DNA of 64,000 nt. Source: Vicinamibacterales bacterium (lineage in GTDB: Bacteria; Acidobacteriota; Vicinamibacteria; Vicinamibacterales; UBA8438). Of this stretch, positions 46,747 through 54,926 are shown piece by piece. The DNA is taken from assembly GCA_963665465.1 (NCBI GenBank), contig OY762226.1, positions 4,741,177 through 4,805,176 on the forward strand, read 5' to 3'. The notes under the pieces are model-generated. The model was not told the origin of the DNA, ran no database searches, and was given only the letters and a program-made list of their open reading frames with translations. Each line of letters opens with the position of its first letter. The stretch's first letter is position 1. The position numbers were made by a program, and so were the translations under genes.

Positions 46747-48351
46747 CTACTGATCGAGCTCTTCCAGCGCGGCCAGGAACGTGCTCCAGGGCACCGGCTC
46801 GCCGTGCACCGGCGCCAGGGTCTCCACGTCGAGACTCATGCGCTCCACCTGCGTGTGCAGGGCCCGCATCGACGGCAGCTGCGCCGGCCGCGGCGGCTCG
46901 TGCGTGTCGAACAGGGCCGCCTGGAACGCGATGCGCTCGGCCGGCAGGTACGCCATCAGCATGCCGGCGACGTGCCGCAGCGGCTGCACGTAGTAGACGC
47001 GCAGGATGCGCGAGTTGTCGGTGATGACGTAGTTCTCCTGAACCGCCTCGTAGTTGTAGCCCTCGGCCAGCTCGGTGGGCGGCCACTTCGAGACGATGTC
47101 CGGCTTGATCGTGCGCGGCTCGTAGGTCAGCACGTCGTGGTTCAGGAAGTCCAGGTTCAGGAAGTGCGTGACGATGGTCGACCCGATGTGCAGATACGTG
47201 CGCAGCCCCCCGATGTGGTCGAAGTGCGGGTGCGACACGATCACCCAGCGGATCGGCTTGCCGGGGGCCAGCTCCGTGATCCGCTCGATCACCGCGAGGC
47301 TGCGCTCCTCGTCGCCAGGCGCCTCGAAGACCGTCACGAAGTCGCTGAACTCCACCATGTAGCTGCTGGCGGGGCCGCCGCCCAGCCGGTACACCCCGTC
47401 GGCGAGCTCGTCGACCGTGACCTCGACCGACCAGTCCGCTTCGGCCACCGACGCCGGCACGGGAACCGGGTCGCCGCACTCGTTGGGCCGGATGTCCGCG
47501 AACGTGCCGCCGTAGGCGTTGTGCCCGGTGCTCTGGCGGTAGAACTGCCAGTTGTCGTCCCAGCCCTGGTGCGAGTGCCAGTCGGTCGGCCACTTGACGT
47601 TGCCGATCGGGACCTGGTTCGTGGACTCGTGCTCGATGTTGAAGTCGCCCAGCGCCGGGATGTTCACCGTCGTCTTGATGCGCTGAATCTGGTTGCGGGA
47701 GTTGATCGTCGCGTCCACGCGGTACTTGCCGAACATCGTGATCGCCACCACGTGCATCTTCTCGGGCGCCACCACGTTGCCGTCGCGGCCCTTCTCGATC
47801 TGCTCCCAGCGCCAGAACGCCACCGGGTTCGCGCCGGGCAGGCGGGCGGCCTTGAGGAACCCGTGGGGGTTCAGCCACAGATCGAGCCGGTACACCTCGG
47901 CGACTTCGGGGTCCACCGCCACCGGCTCGCCGTCGCCGTCCATGTGCCACGAGTGGGCGCCGTTGGTGACGTGCGTCTGGCGCGTCCGGGTCTGCGTGGG
48001 CGTGCCGCTGCGCCAGCCGAGGCCGTACTTCCACGACGCGGGCGTGAGGCCGGGCTGACGGTCGAACGTCTCGACGCTGGTCTCGTTCTCCCAGTCGATG
48101 ACGCGGGTGTAGTTGGCCAGCGCGTCGATGCGCGGCCAGTCGACGTTGTACGAGTTGTCGAAGGTCTGGCCCACGGCGCCGGCGAAGCCGTCACCCGAGA
48201 ACGCGATGCACCGCAGGTCGGCCTCGCCGATCTCCTCGGCGACCGCCGCGAGCAGCGGCCCCGGATCGACGTAGCCCGGCGGAAAGTCCTGGGCCGCCAG
48301 CGGCCCCCCGATCAGCATCAGCAGAACGACGCCCACAAGACGCTTCTTCAT
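46747..48351 (-). CDS. Exported MBL-fold metallo-hydrolase with a large N-terminal domain
   Basis: ORF 46747-48549, trimmed to MKKRLVGVVLLMLIGGPLAAQ at 48351 with GAGGTG upstream. Metal motif VIVSHPHFDHIGGL. Confidence 0.8.
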   Translation of the reverse strand: MKKRLVGVVLLMLIGGPLAAQDFPPGYVDPGPLLAAVAEEIGEADLRCIAFSGDGFAGAVGQTFDNSYNVDWPRIDALANYTRVIDWENETSVETFDRQPGLTPASWKYGLGWRSGTPTQTRTRQTHVTNGAHSWHMDGDGEPVAVDPEVAEVYRLDLWLNPHGFLKAARLPGANPVAFWRWEQIEKGRDGNVVAPEKMHVVAITMFGKYRVDATINSRNQIQRIKTTVNIPALGDFNIEHESTNQVPIGNVKWPTDWHSHQGWDDNWQFYRQSTGHNAYGGTFADIRPNECGDPVPVPASVAEADWSVEVTVDELADGVYRLGGGPASSYMVEFSDFVTVFEAPGDEERSLAVIERITELAPGKPIRWVIVSHPHFDHIGGLRTYLHIGSTIVTHFLNLDFLNHDVLTYEPRTIKPDIVSKWPPTELAEGYNYEAVQENYVITDNSRILRVYYVQPLRHVAGMLMAYLPAERIAFQAALFDTHEPPRPAQLPSMRALHTQVERMSLDVETLAPVHGEPVPWSTFLAALEELDQ

Positions 48352-48810
48352 TTGGCTCACCTCGAAACGCGGCCATCGTAGCACGCCGGATGCGGCTGAA
48401 TCGCGCTGCTTCGCCAGAGTTCCTCGGACCTGCGCCGGGGGCGGCCGGCGCGGGTCAACCGGTGTGTCCTGCCGGTCTCTCCCGAGCAGCTCCACGTAGC
48501 GACGCACAGCATCCTCGTCCTCCTTGTCACTGCGCCGTCTCGCGTTCAACGTGCGCCGCCCTCGCAGTGCGCGTCGCCCGAAGCTGCGGGTCAGGGCTGC
48601 GGTCTACGGTCGTCTAGCGTGTCCGCTTGCTCACGCGCGGTCGTTGGTCGTCCGCGCCTCGCTGTCTCGGGCGCGGGGTCGCTTCGGAGCCGGTCTTCCC
48701 ATTTTGGCCCGGTCCCTCATGGCCTGGCTAGGCGCCCGTGCATCCGCTATCATCCAGTCCACCCTCTGCAGATCGGATTGTCCGAACCTCGTGTGTCGGG
48801 TACATTGCCC

Positions 48811-49941
48811 ATGCCGACTCAGCAGCAACTTGATCGCGTCGAGATTCGCCGCTTCCGGGGGTTATCGGACCTCCGGATCGGCGGCCTCGGCAGCTTCAAT
48901 CTTCTCCTCGGCGCCAATGATGTCGGCAAGACGTCGGTCCTGGAGGCGCTCTTTCTGTTGACCGGCGTTGAAAACCTTGGCGTCCCGTTTCACATTCAGC
49001 GCTGGCGAGGCCTCCCTATCGCCGAGTTCGTACACCTCGAGGGGCTGTTTCATCGGCTCGATCCGGATCAGCCCATCGAGCTAGCGGCAGACTCTGGTAG
49101 CCCCGTCGTTCGGCGAACGCTCCAGATTTCTGCGCCGTACACGGAGCTGGAATTGGATCCCGACGCCTCGGCGTCGGGTGGCGGCGGGGATGGCCGCGCC
49201 CGCACTTCGGCCAGTGTCGGTCCGCCCGGCGGCCAGTCTTCTTCGCTGGCCTCCGCGCGTCGGCGACTTCTACGGTACGACGGCACGCTGCAGCCTCGCG
49301 ACGGAGATACCGTGTCGTTTTCCGGCACGCTGCGTCTCCAGGCCGACGGGGTCAAGGTGAAACAGACGAGAGAACCCTCGGACGACCTGACCATTCCCGC
49401 CCGGTACATGTCGCCCTCAATCGCCTACGACGCCTCTGCCATCGGTGAACTGATCGTTCGCAAGGAAGTCGACCGGCTCCGTCGCTTTCTGAAGTTCGTC
49501 AATCCGCGCATCCGGGACATCGCTGTCAGTGGCGATCTCGCGTACTTGGACATTGGTCTTCCCCGGATGATCCCGTTGAATCTGTTCGGCAGCGGCATGG
49601 TCCGTGCTGCCAGCGTCCTCGCTCATTGCATCCTGGGGAACGAGCGCCTTCTCTTCCTCGATGAGCTGGAGAACGGCCTCCACCATGCGGCCCTCCGACC
49701 CTTGCTTGAGGCCCTCTTGGTCTTGATCGGCGAGCACGACATGCAGGCCTTCGTGACGACCCATAGCGTTGCGCTCCTCCAGGCGCTGCTGGACGTGCTC
49801 GGCACTGACCGGTTTGCTTCCCATCGTACCGTTACGAACTGCTACACGCTGCAGCGTGACCGCGAAGGGCATGTCCGCACATACCGCTACGAGTACGAGC
49901 AGTTCGAACACTGCGTGCGACACGGGATCGAGATCCGATGA
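48811..49941 (+). CDS. AAA/ABC-type ATPase (AAA_21/AAA_15-like, OLD/AbiL/PARIS-type ATPase partner)
   Basis: ORF 48619-49941, trimmed to MPTQQQLDRVEIRRFRGLSDL at 48811. Walker A is LLLGANDVGKTSVLEAL, Walker B/D-loop is LLFLDELENGLH, H-loop is FVTTHS. G+C is lower than the flanks. Confidence 0.8.
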   Translation: MPTQQQLDRVEIRRFRGLSDLRIGGLGSFNLLLGANDVGKTSVLEALFLLTGVENLGVPFHIQRWRGLPIAEFVHLEGLFHRLDPDQPIELAADSGSPVVRRTLQISAPYTELELDPDASASGGGGDGRARTSASVGPPGGQSSSLASARRRLLRYDGTLQPRDGDTVSFSGTLRLQADGVKVKQTREPSDDLTIPARYMSPSIAYDASAIGELIVRKEVDRLRRFLKFVNPRIRDIAVSGDLAYLDIGLPRMIPLNLFGSGMVRAASVLAHCILGNERLLFLDELENGLHHAALRPLLEALLVLIGEHDMQAFVTTHSVALLQALLDVLGTDRFASHRTVTNCYTLQRDREGHVRTYRYEYEQFEHCVRHGIEIR

Positions 49942-50486
49942 GCTGGGCGTTGTTCGTAGAGGGCCACTACGACGAGGCGTTTGTCCGATGGCTGTTGGAC
50001 TCTCTGGAGGTCGAAGACGTCCGACTCCACCGTATCGACGGCGGCATCACGAAGCTGCGCTCCGTTGCGAATGAGATTTTCAAGAGCCACGACGTGGGTC
50101 GGCACGTAGCGCTGCTCCTGGATGCCGACACCGATCCGGACAGCACGCGCGAGCAGTTGACGCGAGAAGTCGCTCGACTCGATCTGCCTATCGAGCGTTG
50201 GTTCTTGCTGCCCGACGACGCTGCGCCAGGCAATCTTGAGACGCTGCTGGAGCAGATGGCTCCGGCAGCGCATCGCGCCATCTACACCTGTTTTGACGAA
50301 CACGAGGAGTGTCTCAGAACGGCGGGGTACAGCACTCCGGATCCCAAGGCGCGGGTCTACGCGTACTGTCATGCTATCGGCGCCGAGACCGGGCCGAACA
50401 AAGAATACGCCGATGCACAGCATTGGGACCCTGAGGTCCGCGACCTGGGGCCGCTACGCCGCTTCTTGCGCGGTCTTGCCGGCTGA
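49938..50486 (+). CDS. DUF3226/DUF4276-like, Toprim-like small protein
   Basis: The start overlaps the ATPase stop (ATGA). Motifs: ALFVEGHYDEAFVRWLL (Glu), VALLLDADTD (DxD), WFLLPDDAAPGNLETLLEQM. Confidence 0.6.
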   Translation: MSWALFVEGHYDEAFVRWLLDSLEVEDVRLHRIDGGITKLRSVANEIFKSHDVGRHVALLLDADTDPDSTREQLTREVARLDLPIERWFLLPDDAAPGNLETLLEQMAPAAHRAIYTCFDEHEECLRTAGYSTPDPKARVYAYCHAIGAETGPNKEYADAQHWDPEVRDLGPLRRFLRGLAG

Positions 50487-50590
50487 GCACAGTCCCGTTG
50501 GCCGACTTTCAACGGTCCGCGCCCTGGCGTCTTTCTTGACGTTGCCTCTTTTCGCGGGTCTTCGTGTGTGGCCCAGGAGGCACCTGCGGG

Positions 50591-51718
50591 CTATTCGGCC
50601 GGTATCGCTTTCCGGGTTGCCTCGTACCGCCGGACCGTGGCCTTGATTCGGTCTGCGTGGCTGAAGATGTCACTGATCGACTCGATCGCGACCCGGTCTT
50701 CGACCTTCTGCTCGTTCAACAGGCCAATCTTTTTCTGCGTCTTGTTGAAGTACAGTCGACATATGGGCTGTCGGTTCGTGTTGTCCAGCAGGATTGCGCA
50801 CAGGCTCTTGCCATCGCGGATGACCACCCTGTTGGGTGAGACCTCTTCGCTGAGAATCGCGGTCACGGCGTAGAAGGCCTGCCATTCCTCCTCGGTCGTG
50901 ACGATGCCCGTCTCGGTTCCGCTGGATCCCGCGGTCTCTTCCGCGACCGTCTCGGTCGGCACCACAGGCTCCTCGTGGTCAGTGCTCGCCAGGGCGGACT
51001 TCAGCTTGTCGCTGATACGCTTCGCCACGAACTGGTGGAGCGCCTTCTTTGTAGCTCGCGTGAACTGCTCGATCACCGCCTTGGTCTTCACGCCTTCGTA
51101 GACCTGCGCCGCGAAGTGCCGGACGAACGCCTCGGACGGATCGGTCCACTCGGCGGTGAGCAGCCGCAGGACCTCGCGCGTGTACTTGAGATCCTTGGCC
51201 GTGCTCAGAATCTGGTCGAGGTTGAACGAGCTCTTAGTGAATCGCTTCAACTCGTCGACGTCGATTCCGTCGACGTCGAGCATGTTGATCTCAAGGAACG
51301 GCCGCGCGTCCATCTTGTTCTGCTCGTCGATGTCCGAGTAGAATCGGTAGATGACGCCGTCGGTGAGCACGCCGAACCGTGCCTTGGCTACGCTGAAGTA
51401 CCGGTAGAGTTGCGAGGCGGGCTCCTTGCCCAAGTCGACCCCATAGTGCTTGCACTCGAACAGCATGATCGGGTCGGCGTTGCGGAAGATCGCGTAGTCG
51501 ACCTTCTCGCCTTTCTTCGTCCCGACGTCGGCGACGAACTCCGGGACCACTTCGGCCGGATCGAACACGTTGTACCCCAGCACGTGGTTGATGAACGGCA
51601 TCACGAGGGCGGTCTTGGTCGCCTCCTCGGTCTTGACGTTTTCGATCCGCTGCCGGATCCGGCTCGACATCTCGCGTAGCCGATCGGCCAAGTCCATGCC
51701 TTCGAGCGATTGAATCAT
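50591..51718 (-). CDS. HsdR_N-type (PD-(D/E)xK-like) nuclease-domain protein with an uncharacterised C-terminal domain
   Basis: ORF 50591-52063, trimmed to MIQSLEGMDLADRL at 51718 with GGAAGGAG upstream. Motifs: EEATKTALVMPFINHVLGYNVFDP...EKVDYAIF...IMLFECK. The lines I counted are 48-53% G+C. Confidence 0.7.
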   Translation of the reverse strand: MIQSLEGMDLADRLREMSSRIRQRIENVKTEEATKTALVMPFINHVLGYNVFDPAEVVPEFVADVGTKKGEKVDYAIFRNADPIMLFECKHYGVDLGKEPASQLYRYFSVAKARFGVLTDGVIYRFYSDIDEQNKMDARPFLEINMLDVDGIDVDELKRFTKSSFNLDQILSTAKDLKYTREVLRLLTAEWTDPSEAFVRHFAAQVYEGVKTKAVIEQFTRATKKALHQFVAKRISDKLKSALASTDHEEPVVPTETVAEETAGSSGTETGIVTTEEEWQAFYAVTAILSEEVSPNRVVIRDGKSLCAILLDNTNRQPICRLYFNKTQKKIGLLNEQKVEDRVAIESISDIFSHADRIKATVRRYEATRKAIPAE

Positions 51719-51784
51719 CGGACAAGAGCTCCTTCCCGTTACCGAACCTGCGAATCGTAGACCACCGGCGTCCAGTGACGCCAG

Positions 51785-51925
51785 ATCAGCCACTGCTGCG
51801 CGAACCGCTACATCCATGTGCCGGCGGTCGAGGCGAACGCTGCCGTCCATCAGGTTGCGCAACGCGGCGTAGGTGAATGCGGCCCCGAGGCGCAGGAGGC
51901 CCGCGGCCGCGGGCCCGGGCTTGCC
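51785..51925 (-). pseudogene. Decayed duplicate of the 5' coding end of the MFS transporter gene
   Basis: cagccactgctgcgcgaaccgct(a)catcca(t)gtgccggcgg... aligns with 54242-54385 at roughly 85-90% identity by eye, with a 1-nt indel. It translates as GPAAAGLLRLGAAFTYAALRNL, versus GPAAAVLLRLGAAFTYPAFRNL in the intact gene. Confidence 0.75.
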
Positions 51926-52029
51926 TGCTGGCCGGATAGTGTGCCGAGTCAACCGCGGTTCGCTCGAGAAGGACGTGATCATCGTGCCGTCGAACCGCAG
52001 CCAGGCCTGGCACGTACACGCCGCGGCCG

Positions 52030-52548
52030 GTGCTGCGATACGGGAAACATCCGTGCCCGACACGACGACCGTTCCCCACTACCATCTGGAGCCGCACCGA
52101 GTACGAGCGCGCGGTCGAGGCCGGCGTCTTCGGCCCCGGCGCGCGGCTGGAGCTCATCGAAGGAGCGATCCTCGCCGCGGGACCGCAGGGCAGTCAGCAC
52201 TTCACCGGCATCGAGCTCGTCGTCGACGCCCTGCTGCGCACGTTTGGTGTCGGCCACCCCGTGCGGGTGCAGGGTCCCCTCGCCGCCGGCGAAGACCCGG
52301 AACCCGAACCGGATGTCGCCGTCGTTGCGGGAGACGCACGGGACTTCCGCGACGGCCATCCGACTACCGCCCTGCTCGTCATCGAGGTGTCCGACGACTC
52401 ACTCCGGCACGACCGCACCGTCAAGCAGCGCCTCTACGCGCGTTGCGGCATTCCGCCGCTCACGATTCCGTTCGACTCTCATGCCTTGGCGGCACGCGAA
52501 CGGTGCACCTGGGGCCGGCCGCGCGGCTCAGCCGGCGATCCAGCGTGA
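52030..52548 (+). pseudogene. Uma2-family endonuclease, copy 3, C-terminally truncated
   Basis: Reads WSRTEYERAVEAGVFGPGARLELIEGAIL...PEPDVAVV...ALLVIEVSDDSLRHDRTVKQRLYARCGIP, then loses the family's (E)YW-V-D continuation at about 52455, where it meets the 3' end of vapC. Confidence 0.6.
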
Positions 52549-52879
52549 CCAGCGGACAAGCGAGCGATTCGGCGAGCGCCACGTACCAGGCATCGTAGCT
52601 GGTGAGGTTGCCGCGCAGTGCCCACACGCGTTCGGCGAAGGGCGCGAACGGATACAGCTCCACGTCGAGCTGCAGCAGGCTCCGCTGCGAGGCTGAAGCT
52701 TCAAGGCCGGAGACTTCGCCGGCGCGCTCCAGTCTGCGCAGGACGTTGGTGGCCTCCGCCAGGACCAGCTCCGGGCCGGCGAGGTGGCCCGCGGCGACCG
52801 CGGACTCGGCCCACTTGCCTTCGTGACCGGAATCGACCAGCGCCGCCACGAGCACGGAGGCGTCCGCGACGACCGTCAC
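52460..52879 (-). CDS. vapC: PIN-domain toxin (VapC family)
   Basis: The GTG start overlaps the antitoxin stop (GTGA). Reads VTVVADASVLVAALVDSG...SYDAWYVALAESLACPLVTLDRRL. Confidence 0.75.
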   Translation of the reverse strand: MTVVADASVLVAALVDSGHEGKWAESAVAAGHLAGPELVLAEATNVLRRLERAGEVSGLEASASQRSLLQLDVELYPFAPFAERVWALRGNLTSYDAWYVALAESLACPLVTLDRRLSRAAGPRCTVRVPPRHESRTES

Positions 52880-53112
52880 CGTCTGTCGGCGTCTCGCTCG
52901 CGGAGGATGCTGCTGGGCGGGACGCGGGTCTCGGCCGCCGCCTTGCGTTCGCGAACCGCTTCGAGCCACTCGTCTACCGAGGGGCGGGACGCAAGGCGCA
53001 CCAATTCCGCGCGCAGAAACCCCTGCATCGACTGGTGCTGCCGCGCGGCGCGCACGGCAAGCCGGTCGCGAACCGCTTCGGGGACGTCGCGGATAGTGAT
53101 CTGCACCGGCAT
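52876..53112 (-). CDS. Ribbon-helix-helix (FitA/Arc-like) antitoxin
   Basis: Only the last 78 aa of ORF 52876-54414 look real: MPVQITIRDVPEAVRDRLAVRAARQHQSMQGFLRAELVRLASRPSVDEWL. Confidence 0.75.
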   Translation of the reverse strand: MPVQITIRDVPEAVRDRLAVRAARQHQSMQGFLRAELVRLASRPSVDEWLEAVRERKAAAETRVPPSSILRERDADRR

Positions 53113-53165
53113 GACCGCACTATACCATCGATGACAGCATAATGCAGTCACCGGCGTTGCGCCGC

Positions 53166-54395
53166 CTACAACTCGCGCACGCCGTGGCTGCGCACCAGGA
53201 AGTAGGCGGCTACCAGTACCAGCAGGCCGGCGTTGGCGGCGACGACCGTTTCGGTCGGGGCGTAGCGCGTCAGGGCGCCGCTGACCAGGCTGCCGAGCGG
53301 CAGGCCGCCCCGGAACGCCGTCAGGTAGATGCTCATCACGCGGCCGCGCAGCTCGTCGGGGACGGTGAGCTGCACGAGCGAGGCGGTGAGCGAGAAGACG
53401 ATGAGCAGCGCGTTGCCGATCAGGAACAGCAGCACGTAGCTCCAGGGGCCGACGGGCAGCGAGGCGAACGTCGCGACGAGCAGGCCGAACGAGGCCAGCA
53501 CCTGCAGCAGCGTCAGTCCCATGCGCTCGAACTTCCCCAGCCAGGCGACGACCAGCGCACCGGTGACGGCGCCGGTGCCCAGGGTGGTCATCATGCGGCT
53601 GAGCGTTTCGGGATCGCCGGCGAAGACCGGCAGGAAGGCCCGCAGTGGAAGGCCGAGCGACGTCGTGGTGACGGCCAGGACGGTGAGCGCCAGCAGCGCG
53701 CCGCCGCGTCCCACGTAGGTCAGGCCGCCCTTCAGGTCCTGGGCAACCGTCTGGTTGCGCTCCCGGTTGGCCGGCTGGGCCTGCATCAGCGCGAGCACGA
53801 CGATCACCACGAGGAAGGACACGCTGTTGAGCCCGAAGCAGGCGGCCAGCCCCAGGCTGGTGAACACGAGCCCGCCGATGGCCGGGCCGATCGACTGCGC
53901 CAGGTTGAACTGGATGGAGTTGAGCGCCACGGCGTTCGGCAGCGTGTGGCGCGGGACGAGCGCGGGGATCAGCGACTGGAACGCGGGGCCGCCGAACGCC
54001 TGCGCCAGCCCGGTGACGAACGAGAGCGTCAGGATGTAGCCGAGGTGCGCCGCGTCGAACAGCACGAGCAGCGTCAGGACGAGGGCGCACGCCATCTGCA
54101 GCACCTGCGACGCCATCAGCAGGTGGCGGCGGTCGTAGCGGTCGGCGGTGACGCCCCCGATGAGCGTGAACAGGAGCAGCGGAACGGCCCCGACGAAGGC
54201 GTCGAGTCCGAGGTAGAAGGCCGAGCCGGTCAGGTCGAAGATGAGCCACTGCTGCGCGAACCGCTGCATCCAGGTGCCGGCGGCCGAGGTGAAGGCGGCC
54301 GTCCACAGGTTGCGGAACGCCGGGTAGGTGAAGGCGGCCCCGAGGCGCAGGAGGACGGCGGCCGCAGGCCCGGGCCGGCCTAGCGGTTCGGCCAC
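53166..54395 (-). CDS. MFS transporter
   Basis: 409 aa with about 12 hydrophobic segments and a GTG start. Motif: GGVTADRYDRRHLL. Confidence 0.8.
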   Translation of the reverse strand: MAEPLGRPGPAAAVLLRLGAAFTYPAFRNLWTAAFTSAAGTWMQRFAQQWLIFDLTGSAFYLGLDAFVGAVPLLLFTLIGGVTADRYDRRHLLMASQVLQMACALVLTLLVLFDAAHLGYILTLSFVTGLAQAFGGPAFQSLIPALVPRHTLPNAVALNSIQFNLAQSIGPAIGGLVFTSLGLAACFGLNSVSFLVVIVVLALMQAQPANRERNQTVAQDLKGGLTYVGRGGALLALTVLAVTTTSLGLPLRAFLPVFAGDPETLSRMMTTLGTGAVTGALVVAWLGKFERMGLTLLQVLASFGLLVATFASLPVGPWSYVLLFLIGNALLIVFSLTASLVQLTVPDELRGRVMSIYLTAFRGGLPLGSLVSGALTRYAPTETVVAANAGLLVLVAAYFLVRSHGVREL

Positions 54396-54751
54396 GGGAT
54401 GTACAGCCCTTCACCGATGAAGATGATGCTGGTCCAGAGTCCCTTCGACGCGCGGTAGAACACGAACGGGCCGAGCCCGGCCAGCGGGGTCCAGATCGCG
54501 ATCTGCCGGGCGGTCGAGAGCGTTGTGAAGGTCTGCGTGAGCACGATGCCGACGGCGACCAGTCCGAGCGTCAGGGCTAGATTCACGTAGACGGCCCCGA
54601 GCCACTGGCCGGGCTCGCGCTCGAATCTCTCGTCGCAGAACGAACACTGATCGTGCATCCGGAACGTCGTGTCGAACAGCGGCCCGTAGCCGCAGCACGG
54701 GCAGCGCAGCCTCAATCCGCGCAGGAGACTGACGATGATCTCCCGTAGCAT
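54380..54751 (-). CDS. DUF983-type zinc-ribbon membrane protein
   Basis: LRCPCCGYGPLF...CSFCDERFEREPG is followed by two hydrophobic segments. Confidence 0.65.
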   Translation of the reverse strand: MLREIIVSLLRGLRLRCPCCGYGPLFDTTFRMHDQCSFCDERFEREPGQWLGAVYVNLALTLGLVAVGIVLTQTFTTLSTARQIAIWTPLAGLGPFVFYRASKGLWTSIIFIGEGLYIPWPNR

Positions 54752-54837
54752 GGCCGCTGCTCCAGCCGTATCTTAGCAGCCCGCCGCGGAATGTCCTCCG
54801 GCCCAGGCTCGCACGCAACCGCCTGGAAGGTTGCCCC

Positions 54838-54926
54838 AAGGCGCGCCTCGGCGGGAGCGGCGCGGGGCTGAGGGGTCCCCGCAAGCGGACGCCGGGGGTT
54901 CGGGGCGCAGCCCCGTCTGATTGAGG
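54838..54926 (+). repeat. Dispersed GC-rich repeat, near-full copy
   Basis: aaggcgcgcctcggcgggagcggcgcggggctgaggggtccccgcaagcggacgccgggggttcggggcgcagccccgtctgattgagg. Confidence 0.8.

Noticed and set aside
53113-54414. Upstream part of the 512-aa minus-strand ORF 52876-54414, and plus-strand ORF 53142-54383
   Set aside because: They are off-frame or antisense over the MFS transporter. Only the last 78 aa (the RHH antitoxin) are protein-like.
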